Shown here piece by piece: positions 18,035 to 25,816 of a stretch of 53,867 nucleotides of DNA. Under the pieces are notes generated by a model. The model was not told the DNA's origin and did no database searches. It was given only the letters and a program-made list of their open reading frames with translations. Position numbers and translations under genes: made by a program. Source of the DNA: Candidatus Omnitrophica bacterium 4484_213 (GTDB taxonomy: Bacteria > Omnitrophota > 4484-213); the NCBI GenBank assembly GCA_002085025.1, contig MZGK01000006.1, forward strand, positions 1 to 53,867, written 5' to 3'. The stretch's first letter is position 1. Every line of letters begins with the position of its first letter.

Positions 18035-19815
18035 TTACTTTAACTATTGATAATCAAAAAGTAGAGGTTCCTGAAGAGACAACTATCTTTGAAGCCGCCA
18101 AAAAGGTGGATATTAACATCCCCCATCTTTGCTATCACGAGGCATTATCTATTTATGGGGCTTGCCGGGTTTGCGTGGTAGAGATAGAAAAAAGACCGCG
18201 CTTGGAGCCTTCTTGCGCTACCTTGGTAGAGGAGGGAATGGTTGTCTGGACAAATACGGCTCGTGTCCGGCGGGCACGCAGGATGCTCGTGGAATTGCTT
18301 TTAGCCAATCACCCTGAGGATTGCTTTACCTGCGAAAGGAATCAGGCCTGCGAATTAAGAAAACTCGCTTATGATTTAGGAATAAGAGAATTAAGATTTA
18401 AAAAAGGGAGGAAATATCATTACGAGCAGGATATTTCTTCTCCGGCTATAATAAGAGACCCCAATAAATGCATTCAGTGTGGCCGGTGCATAAGGGTGTG
18501 TTCGGAAATACAGTCAGTGGGGGTAATTGATTTTGTCAATCGTGGTGGGAAAACCCAGGTTTTAACTTTTTTCAATAAAGGGTTAAACAATGTAGAATGC
18601 ACTACCTGTGGCCAGTGCATCCTTGCCTGTCCTACAGGCGCATTGCGCGAGAAGACTGTAGTGGACGAGGTCTGGGAGGCAATCTCTGACCCTAAAAAAT
18701 TTGTTGTGGTTCAGGCCGCCCCAGCAGTAAGAGCGGCTATCGGAGAGGAATTTGCTATGCCTGCAGGGAGCTTGGTTACCGGTAAAATGGCTGCCGCTTT
18801 GCGAAGGTTAGGTTTTGATAAGGTATTTGATACCCAATTCGCTGCAGACCTGACGATTATGGAAGAAGCACATGAATTGATAGAAAGGATAGAAAATAAG
18901 GGTGTGCTTCCGATTATTACCTCTTGCTCTCCCGGCTGGATAAAATATATTGAACATTTCTTTCCCAAGTGCTTGGAGCATATTTCCAGTTGCAAATCTC
19001 CCCAGCAGATGTTTGGGGCGATAGCCAAAACATACTACGCTAAGAAGATAGGGGTTAAGCCCAAAGATATATATGTGGTTTCTATTATGCCTTGCACCGC
19101 AAAGAAGTTCGAGGCTCAGCGCCCGGAAATGAGAGATTCAGGTGTCCAGGATGTAGATGCGGTGCTGACTACAAGAGAGGCAGCCCGAATGATTAAAGAG
19201 GCAGGAGTTGATTTTATTAATTTAGAAGATGAAGATTTTGATGAGCCATTAGGTATTTCAACAGGGGCGGCCGTAATATTCGGAACTACCGGCGGAGTAA
19301 TGGAGGCGGCCCTGCGAACAGCGTATGAGGTAGTGGCAGGGAAGACTTTAGAACGAGTAGAATTTGAACAGGTGCGCGGGATGCAAGGAATAAAGCAGGC
19401 AGAAATAAACTTAGAGGGATTAAACCCTATTAGAAGCAACTCCGACGCTACCTCGGGGTGTCCGGCGGGAACTCCTAACGGGGTAAATTTAAAAGTGGCA
19501 GTTGCCCATGGTTTATCTAATGCCCGAATTCTATTAGAAGAAATTCAAAAAGGAATTTCACCTTATCACTTTATAGAAATTATGGCTTGTCCAGGAGGTT
19601 GCTTGGGCGGAGGGGGTCAACCTATGCCTACCAATGAAGAGATAAGGAAGAAAAGGGCAGCCAGTTTATATTTAGAGGATAGAAACAAACCGATAAGGAA
19701 ATCTCACCAAAATCCGGCCATTATTGCCCTGTATGAAGAATTTTTAGGTAAACCCTTGAGCGAAAAGTCTCGTCGTCTTTTACATACAACCTATACTAAA
19801 AGAGAAAGATATTGA
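18031..19815 (+). CDS. hydA: [FeFe]-hydrogenase catalytic subunit
   Basis: N-terminal 2Fe-2S and 4Fe-4S motifs (CRVCVVE, HPEDCFTCERNQACELR, CIQCGRCIRVC, CTTCGQCILACP). H-cluster motifs TSCSPGW, MPCTAKKFE, EIMACPGGCLGGGGQP. The ATG at 18031 overlaps the hydB TGA; the track start at 18022 is a TTG. Confidence 0.93.
   Translation: MITLTIDNQKVEVPEETTIFEAAKKVDINIPHLCYHEALSIYGACRVCVVEIEKRPRLEPSCATLVEEGMVVWTNTARVRRARRMLVELLLANHPEDCFTCERNQACELRKLAYDLGIRELRFKKGRKYHYEQDISSPAIIRDPNKCIQCGRCIRVCSEIQSVGVIDFVNRGGKTQVLTFFNKGLNNVECTTCGQCILACPTGALREKTVVDEVWEAISDPKKFVVVQAAPAVRAAIGEEFAMPAGSLVTGKMAAALRRLGFDKVFDTQFAADLTIMEEAHELIERIENKGVLPIITSCSPGWIKYIEHFFPKCLEHISSCKSPQQMFGAIAKTYYAKKIGVKPKDIYVVSIMPCTAKKFEAQRPEMRDSGVQDVDAVLTTREAARMIKEAGVDFINLEDEDFDEPLGISTGAAVIFGTTGGVMEAALRTAYEVVAGKTLERVEFEQVRGMQGIKQAEINLEGLNPIRSNSDATSGCPAGTPNGVNLKVAVAHGLSNARILLEEIQKGISPYHFIEIMACPGGCLGGGGQPMPTNEEIRKKRAASLYLEDRNKPIRKSHQNPAIIALYEEFLGKPLSEKSRRLLHTTYTKRERY
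19424..19484. repeat. Palindromic element copy inside hydA
   Basis: ACCCTATTAGAAG (19424-19436) ... ACTCCTAACGGGGT (19471-19484). Read in frame as NPIRSNSDATSGCPAGTPNGV between the GIKQAEI and VAVAHG segments. Confidence 0.75.
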
Positions 19816-19817
19816 CG

Positions 19818-20543
19818 ATGCTAAAAATAGAAAATTTGACTCTTGAAAAAGATAGCAGACAAATATTGGAGAAGGTAAATTTAACTGTTGGAAAAGGTGA
19901 AATCTATGCTCTTTTAGGCCGCAACGGCACAGGGAAGACAACCCTTGCTTATGCTATTATGGGCTGTAATGATTATCAACCTAATGAAGGGAAAATTATC
20001 TTTGGGGGAAAAGAGATTACCCACCTATCCATATCTAAAAGGGCAAAGTTAGGGATTACTCTTGCCTGGCAGAAACCAGCCGGTTTTGAAGGATTGACTG
20101 TTCGAGAGTATCTAAGGTGCAAGAATAAGAATGCAAATGTTTATAGTTTGCTTTCAGTGGTTGGGCTATCTTCTGATTATCTAAACAGGACGGTAGACGA
20201 TAAGCTTAGCGGGGGTGAGAGAAAGAGGATTGAATTGGCATCGGTTATGGCAGTGAAACCAAAACTGGCAATATTGGATGAAATAGATTCGGGGATAGAT
20301 GCCCCTTCTCTTCCCTTTATCAGAAAGACCATTCAGAAAATGAGAGCCGATGGCGTAACCGTTTTTTTAATCAGCCATAGTGAAGCCACCTTAAATATAT
20401 CCGATAGGGCATCTTTGATTGGTGCCGGTCGGATATTAAAAACCGCCAGCCCAAAAGTAGTGAAGGAATTTTTTGTAAAACATTGTAAGAAATGCAGTCA
20501 TTTATATAAAATAAATTGGGAAAGGATTAAATATGGTTTCTAA
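19818..20543 (+). CDS. sufC: Fe-S cluster assembly ATPase SufC-like
   Basis: Walker A GRNGTGKTTL, signature LSGGERKR, Walker B LAILDEIDSG. The ATG at 19818 is preferred over the TTG at 19812. Confidence 0.85.
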   Translation: MLKIENLTLEKDSRQILEKVNLTVGKGEIYALLGRNGTGKTTLAYAIMGCNDYQPNEGKIIFGGKEITHLSISKRAKLGITLAWQKPAGFEGLTVREYLRCKNKNANVYSLLSVVGLSSDYLNRTVDDKLSGGERKRIELASVMAVKPKLAILDEIDSGIDAPSLPFIRKTIQKMRADGVTVFLISHSEATLNISDRASLIGAGRILKTASPKVVKEFFVKHCKKCSHLYKINWERIKYGF

Positions 20544-21477
20544 TGAGTTTGAGCAACTTTTAAGCATCTATGAAAAAGCCAGTGGGAATAAAGATGCTTT
20601 TAGCGATAAAGGTACAGCCAATCTCTTGGTTCACGGAGATAAGGTTTTAAATGTTAATGATGTTGAGGGAGTAATCCTAAAATCTGAGCAAAAAAAAGAT
20701 GGTGCAATTGTTCATCTTTCGGTCGGAAAAGATGTTAGAGTGAAAAATCCTATTCATCTCTGTTTTGGTATTTTACCCCGTGAGGGCGAGCAGGAAATTG
20801 GTGTAAATATTTTTATAGAAGACGGCGCCGAAGTGAAGGTGCTCGCTCATTGTATTTTCCCAAACGCGATGAAGGTATTACATAAAATGGATGCAAATAT
20901 AAAAATGGGAGATGATGCAAAATTTAGATATCAAGAGACGCATTACCACGGAGAGTTTGGGGGCATTAAAGTTATTCCAAACGCAAAAGTTTCTGTAGGA
21001 AAGGAAAGTATATACGAGAATATCTTTAGTTTGCTTAAAGGAAAAGTCGGGTTTCTTGATTTTAATTATGAAGTAAGCTGTAGTGAAGGAAGTATAACCA
21101 ATATGATAGCAAAGATTTATGGCAAAGGAGAGGATGAAATAAGAATTAAAGAAAAAGTTAACTTGAATGGTGAAGGAGCGAGAAGTTTGATAAAAACCAG
21201 AGTTGTCCTTAAAGATAAGGCAAGAGCAGAAGTTATCGGCGAAACTTATGGTAATGCTCCTTATGCCCGGGGGCATGTGGATTGTGTAGAGATTTTAAAC
21301 GGTAAAGAAGCATTCGCAAAGGCAATTCCCGTTGTCTCAGTAAAGGATGAAAAAGCAAAGGTAACTCACGAGGCGGCAATAGGTTCTGTGGATAAGAAGC
21401 AGATGGAGACGTTGATGGCCAGAGGCTTAGAAGAGGAAGAGACAATCGATACTATCGTGAAAGGAATATTAAGATGA
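20533..21477 (+). CDS. SufB/SufD family Fe-S assembly protein (short form)
   Basis: The beta-helix-like C-terminal pattern (...RGHVDCVEIL..., THEAAIGSVDKKQMETLMARGL) is typical of SufB/D. Overlaps the sufC end by 11 nt. Confidence 0.7.
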   Translation: MVSNEFEQLLSIYEKASGNKDAFSDKGTANLLVHGDKVLNVNDVEGVILKSEQKKDGAIVHLSVGKDVRVKNPIHLCFGILPREGEQEIGVNIFIEDGAEVKVLAHCIFPNAMKVLHKMDANIKMGDDAKFRYQETHYHGEFGGIKVIPNAKVSVGKESIYENIFSLLKGKVGFLDFNYEVSCSEGSITNMIAKIYGKGEDEIRIKEKVNLNGEGARSLIKTRVVLKDKARAEVIGETYGNAPYARGHVDCVEILNGKEAFAKAIPVVSVKDEKAKVTHEAAIGSVDKKQMETLMARGLEEEETIDTIVKGILR

Positions 21478-22913
21478 AACCGAAAGAAGACAAAATTACT
21501 CGTTTTATGCACAACGGAAGTGACTTTATAAATGAGGAGGAGATAGAAAAGCTTTTAGAAGAAAATAAAAATCCTCCCAAAAGCAAAGTAAAAGATATCA
21601 TTCAAAAATCTCTTTCTATCCAAAGATTAGACCCCGATGAGACAGCAAGCCTTCTAAGCGTGAAAGACAGGGATTTGTGGAAGGAAATTTTTGAGGCGGC
21701 GGGTGAAGTAAAAAAGAGGGTCTATGACAACCGAATTGTAACCTTTGCTCCTTTGTATTTGAGCAACTTCTGTGCGAATTCTTGTCTTTACTGTGCTTTC
21801 CGGAAAGAGAATACCAAAGAGGTAAGAAGAAGGTTGACTTTAGATGAAGTAAAAAAAGAAACAGAGGTTCTCATATCTCTTGGGCATAAACGTCTTATCG
21901 TGGTCTACGGTGAACATCCTCTGTCAGATATAGATTATATCGCTGAGACGATAAAAACAATTTATGCGACAAAGGTTGGCAATGGCGAAATCAGAAGGGT
22001 AAATGTAAATGCTTCTCCAATGCCAGTTGGAAAACTGAAGATACTAAAGGAAACAGGTATCGGGACATATCAGGTATTCCAGGAGACATATCATCACCAA
22101 ACTTATAAAAAGGTCCATCCTGCGGGTAGAAAATCGGATTATAAATGGCGTCTTTATTCTATGCATCGAGCTTTTGAAGCCGGAGTTGACGATGTGGGAA
22201 TTGGGGTTTTATTTGGACTTTATGATTGGCAATTTGAGGTAATGGGTCTTTTATATCATACAATAGATTTAGAGGGAAAATTTGGAGTAGGTCCGCATAC
22301 AATCTCTTTCCCGCGTTTAGAACCGGCAGCAAATACCCCTTTTATTCAAGAGTCAAAATATAAGGTTTCAGATGGAGATTTCAAAAAACTTATCGCTGTC
22401 CTTCGACTTTCAGTTCCTTATACAGGTATGATTTTAACGGCAAGGGAAGGCCCCCAAATTAGAAGAGAGGTGATTCCTCTGGGAGTAACTCAGACAGATG
22501 CCTCCACTCGTATCGGAATTGGTGCATACAGCGATAGATATGATGAACAGGAAGGAGAGCGGCAACAATTCCTTTTAGGCGATACAAGGACGCTGGACGA
22601 GGTGATAAGAGAGCTTGCTTTGAATGGTTATATTACCTCCTTTTGCACCGCCGGATATAGATGTGGAAGAACAGGAAAGTGCATTATGCAACTTTTAAAG
22701 ACAGGCGAGGAGGGGGGATTTTGCAAATTAAATGCGGTTTTGACTTTCAGAGAGTGGCTGGATGATTTCGCCGGCAATAAGACAAAGAAAGTCGGAGAGG
22801 TAATTATCGAAAAGGAAATTGAAGAAATTAAAGAGAAAATCCCGCAATTTTTTTCTAAATTTATGGAATATTACCAGAGGATTAAAAGCGGTGAGAGGGA
22901 TCTCTATTTCTGA
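21474..22913 (+). CDS. hydG: [FeFe]-hydrogenase maturase HydG (radical SAM tyrosine lyase)
   Basis: Radical-SAM CANSCLYCAF. ThiH-like core. C-terminal Cys cluster SFCTAGYRCGRTGKC...FCKL. ATGA overlap with the upstream gene. Confidence 0.88.
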   Translation: MKPKEDKITRFMHNGSDFINEEEIEKLLEENKNPPKSKVKDIIQKSLSIQRLDPDETASLLSVKDRDLWKEIFEAAGEVKKRVYDNRIVTFAPLYLSNFCANSCLYCAFRKENTKEVRRRLTLDEVKKETEVLISLGHKRLIVVYGEHPLSDIDYIAETIKTIYATKVGNGEIRRVNVNASPMPVGKLKILKETGIGTYQVFQETYHHQTYKKVHPAGRKSDYKWRLYSMHRAFEAGVDDVGIGVLFGLYDWQFEVMGLLYHTIDLEGKFGVGPHTISFPRLEPAANTPFIQESKYKVSDGDFKKLIAVLRLSVPYTGMILTAREGPQIRREVIPLGVTQTDASTRIGIGAYSDRYDEQEGERQQFLLGDTRTLDEVIRELALNGYITSFCTAGYRCGRTGKCIMQLLKTGEEGGFCKLNAVLTFREWLDDFAGNKTKKVGEVIIEKEIEEIKEKIPQFFSKFMEYYQRIKSGERDLYF

Positions 22914-22941
22914 AAGCATAGAAATTGAAATTTCTATGCTT
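22914..22941. repeat. Perfect hairpin immediately after hydG
   Basis: AAGCATAGAAAT(T) / (A)ATTTCTATGCTT, 12-13 bp perfect inverted repeat. No U-tract follows, and GATTA-type short repeats come next (22942-22985). Confidence 0.6.
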
Positions 22942-23003
22942 GATTACAGCGATTAAATTCAGATTACACAGATTAGCGAATGCACTTGGGCATATTTTAA
23001 GAT

Positions 23004-24023
23004 GTGAATAAAAAAGAAATTATAGAGTGTTTAAGAGAAAAACACCCAAAAGGACTTTTTGAAAAAGCCGATAGTGTTAGAAGGGAATTTTGCGGCGATG
23101 AAGTGCATATTCGCGGAATAATTGAATTCTCTAATTACTGCTGTCGGAGTTGTGTTTATTGTGGCTTGCGTCAAGAAAATAAAAAAGTTTCCCGTTACCG
23201 AATGTCAGCTGAGGAGATAATAAAATTAGCAAATGAGATAAATCAATATGGGGTAAAAACCATTGTTCTGCAATCAGGGGACGATTTAGGATTTAGCCAA
23301 AAGATACTTTCTGGTGTTATAGATAAGATAAAGAGAAAACATCCTGAGATTGCTATAACCCTGTCTATCGGGGAAAGAGAATTTGATGACTATAAAGCAT
23401 TTAAAGATGCCGGGGCTGATAGGTATCTTTTAAAACACGAAACCGCTAATCCAGAACTTTACACAAATCTCCATCCGGGGCAAACCTTAAAAAAAAGAAT
23501 AGAAATTTTAGAGTGTCTCAGAAAATTGGGGTATCAAATGGGGGCAGGCAATATTGTCGGTCTGCCAGAGCAGACCTTGCAAGATTTAGCCGATGATATC
23601 TTATTTTTAAGAGATTTAGATGTGGATATGGCTGGGATCGGGCCGTTTATTCCGCAAGAAGATACCCCTTTAAGAGATTTTCCTTGCGGGAGTTTAGAAC
23701 TAACATTAAAGGTTTTAGCACTTACGCGTATAGTTACTAAAAACACCCATCTTCCGGCTACTACTGCTTTGGCTACCCTTGATTTTAAAAACGGGCAAAT
23801 TTTAGGTCTAAGTGCTGGATGCAATGTCTTTATGCCTGATTTTACTCCTGAATATTATCGCGAGAATTATGTGATTTATGACAATAAAGCAAGAGTGAAT
23901 TTAAAAAAGGCAAAAGAGGTAATCTTAAAAGCAGGTAGGTCAGTTTCTAAAAATAGAGGTGACTCATTAAAAAAATCAAATGTCAAAATATCAAAAATTT
24001 CAGAGAGAAAATCTTGGTTTTAA
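23004..24023 (+). CDS. hydE: [FeFe]-hydrogenase maturase HydE (radical SAM, BioB-like)
   Basis: CCRSCVYCGL radical-SAM motif, a BioB-like barrel, GTG start. Confidence 0.85.
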   Translation: MNKKEIIECLREKHPKGLFEKADSVRREFCGDEVHIRGIIEFSNYCCRSCVYCGLRQENKKVSRYRMSAEEIIKLANEINQYGVKTIVLQSGDDLGFSQKILSGVIDKIKRKHPEIAITLSIGEREFDDYKAFKDAGADRYLLKHETANPELYTNLHPGQTLKKRIEILECLRKLGYQMGAGNIVGLPEQTLQDLADDILFLRDLDVDMAGIGPFIPQEDTPLRDFPCGSLELTLKVLALTRIVTKNTHLPATTALATLDFKNGQILGLSAGCNVFMPDFTPEYYRENYVIYDNKARVNLKKAKEVILKAGRSVSKNRGDSLKKSNVKISKISERKSWF

Positions 24024-24036
24024 GCAAGGATAGACG

Positions 24037-25374
24037 ATGAGAAGGACGCCGAAAGGCCTTCGTCTGCACATAGCCATCTTCGGCCGAAGAAATGTAGGCA
24101 AATCCTCTATACTTAACGCATTGACGCGACAGGAAGTTTCAATTGTTTCAGAGATTGCTGGTACAACTACCGACCCGGTGGAGAAGGCAATGGAATTACT
24201 ACCTATCGGGCCGGTTTTATTTATTGATACCGCAGGTCTGGATGATATAGGAGCCTTGGGTGAAAAAAGAGTTGCAAAAACCTATAAGGTTTTTGAGCGT
24301 GCTGACATTATTCTTTTAGTTAGTCAGGCAAATGTATGGGGAGAATATGAGGAAGAGATTTTAGAAGAAGCAAGAAGGAGAAAAACCCCCATTTTGGTTA
24401 TTTTAAATAAAACAGACCTCTTTAAACCGGAGCAGGATTTAGGCCCCGTTAGAAGTAATCCGCCTCTGGCGGATGCCCCCAATGGGCATCGGGGGACTTC
24501 TAACGGGGCAAAAGCGAAATTAAATAAAGAAAAAATTCCTTACGTTGAAACCTGTGCGTTAAATCAGGGTTGGGAAACAGCAGCCAAAATAAAAAATGAA
24601 CTTATCAAGTTGCTTCCCAGCGACTGGATAACCCCTTGTCCGATTATTGCTGATTTAATTGAAGCCGATGACCTGATTATTCTGGTTATCCCCATTGATA
24701 AAGAAGCGCCAAAAGGAAGAATTATCCTGCCTCAGCAACAGACATTGAGGGAGATATTGGATAAAAAAGCAACAGCTTTAGTGGTAAATGAGAGGAATTT
24801 AGGCAAGGCAATTTCCAATTTAAAACAACCTCCAAAAATTGTGGTTACTGATTCTCAGGTCTTTGAACAGGTTTTTGCCTCTACGCCTTTAGATATTCCT
24901 GTGACCAGTTTTTCTATGCTTTTTGCTCGCTGTAAAGGCGATTTAAAGCAGTTAACTGAAGGGGCAAAACGAATAGATGAGTTAAATCCGGGTGATAAAA
25001 TTTTGATTGCCGAGGCCTGCACCCACCATCCCATAGGTGACGACATCGGACGGGCGAAAATCCCCAATTGGATTTCTGAGAGAGTGGGGAGCAAAATAGG
25101 CCCCGCACCAGATTCCCAGTGCAGGGTAAATTTTGATATTTATTCCGGACACGATTTCCCCTCTAATTTAAAACAGTATAAATTAATTGTCCATTGCGGC
25201 GCGTGTATGTTAAACCGGAAAGAGGTTTTAAATAGAATCTATGAAGCAAAGAGTCAAGGTGTTCCCATAACCAACTATGGCGTGGCTATAGCCTATCTTC
25301 ATAATAAACTAGAGAGGGCTTTAGAGCCTTTTGAAAAAAAGAAAAGGGATGAAAATGAAAAAAGATTGTCCTAA
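24037..25374 (+). CDS. hydF: [FeFe]-hydrogenase maturase GTPase HydF
   Basis: G1 [10 protein letters not shown]3 DTAGLDD, G4 NKTD. C-terminal cluster motif CTHHP ... HCGACM. Confidence 0.9.
   Translation: MRRTPKGLRLHIAIFGRRNVGKSSILNALTRQEVSIVSEIAGTTTDPVEKAMELLPIGPVLFIDTAGLDDIGALGEKRVAKTYKVFERADIILLVSQANVWGEYEEEILEEARRRKTPILVILNKTDLFKPEQDLGPVRSNPPLADAPNGHRGTSNGAKAKLNKEKIPYVETCALNQGWETAAKIKNELIKLLPSDWITPCPIIADLIEADDLIILVIPIDKEAPKGRIILPQQQTLREILDKKATALVVNERNLGKAISNLKQPPKIVVTDSQVFEQVFASTPLDIPVTSFSMLFARCKGDLKQLTEGAKRIDELNPGDKILIAEACTHHPIGDDIGRAKIPNWISERVGSKIGPAPDSQCRVNFDIYSGHDFPSNLKQYKLIVHCGACMLNRKEVLNRIYEAKSQGVPITNYGVAIAYLHNKLERALEPFEKKKRDENEKRLS
24443..24509. repeat. Palindromic element copy inside hydF (full-length, nested hairpins)
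   Basis: Perfect 14-bp termini GCCCCGTTAGAAGT (24443-24456) / ACTTCTAACGGGGC (24496-24509). Inner hairpins are TCCGCC-tct-GGCGGA (24459-24473) and TGCCC-ccaat-GGGCA (24474-24488). Read as [23 protein letters not shown]. Confidence 0.85.
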
Positions 25375-25564
25375 TAAAGAAGAGAATAAAAAGAGATGTC
25401 CTTGCACCTATGAACCTTGCTCCAGAAAGGGTATTTGTTGTGAGTGCATAAAATATCATTGGAGTTTAGGCGAACTCCCGGCCTGTTTCTTCCCTGACGA
25501 TGTAGAGAGAACCTATGACCGTTCTATTAAAAGATTCATCCAGGTCTATCAGAATAAGGTTTAA
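25355..25564 (+). CDS. Small Cys-rich protein (DUF6485-like pattern)
   Basis: [55 protein letters not shown] lies 5 nt upstream of the ATG at 25355. Overlaps the hydF 3' end by 20 nt. Confidence 0.65.
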   Translation: MKKDCPNKEENKKRCPCTYEPCSRKGICCECIKYHWSLGELPACFFPDDVERTYDRSIKRFIQVYQNKV

Positions 25565-25576
25565 ACAACCTTTCCC

Positions 25577-25605
25577 TTGAAAAATCTCTTTTAATATGGT
25601 ATATT
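25577..25605 (+). promoter_or_regulatory. Candidate promoter driving the riboswitch leader
   Basis: TTGAAA (25577-25582), 17-nt spacer, TGgTATATT extended -10 (TATATT at 25600-25605). Confidence 0.55.
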
Positions 25606-25617
25606 TTCAGTAGAGAC

Positions 25618-25716
25618 TGATACCCGAAAAGGCAACCCAGCACTAATTCTCTGAGAAAATTAGTGCTGGGACGCAAAACTACGGTTCGCTCAGTGGTGTG
25701 CGAAGGCCGAGTTGCC
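25618..25716 (+). promoter_or_regulatory. c-di-GMP-I (GEMM-I) riboswitch aptamer
   Basis: AAAAGGCAACC, then an 11-bp hairpin (CAGCACTAATT/AATTAGTGCTG), then GGGACGCAAAAC, then a second hairpin (CGGTTCGC...GCGAAGGCCG), then AGTTGCC. This is colinear with the Vc2-type consensus GGCAAACC-P1-GGGACGCAAAGCC-P2-GGUUACC. GGCAAC (25631-25636) can pair with GTTGCC (25711-25716). Confidence 0.72.
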
Positions 25717-25747
25717 GATAAAGCAGTTTAGGTAACTCGGTTTTTTT
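25707..25747 (+). terminator. Intrinsic terminator forming the riboswitch expression platform
   Basis: 10-bp stem CCGAGTTGCC (25707-25716) / GGTAACTCGG (25731-25740, one G-U pair) followed by T7 (25741-25747). The left arm overlaps the aptamer closing helix. Confidence 0.7.
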
Positions 25748-25816
25748 ATTTATCCTCTTTCTAAAAACTTTTCAAAATATTTTTTAAAAGCACATAGTAA
25801 TCATAAGGAGAGCAGA

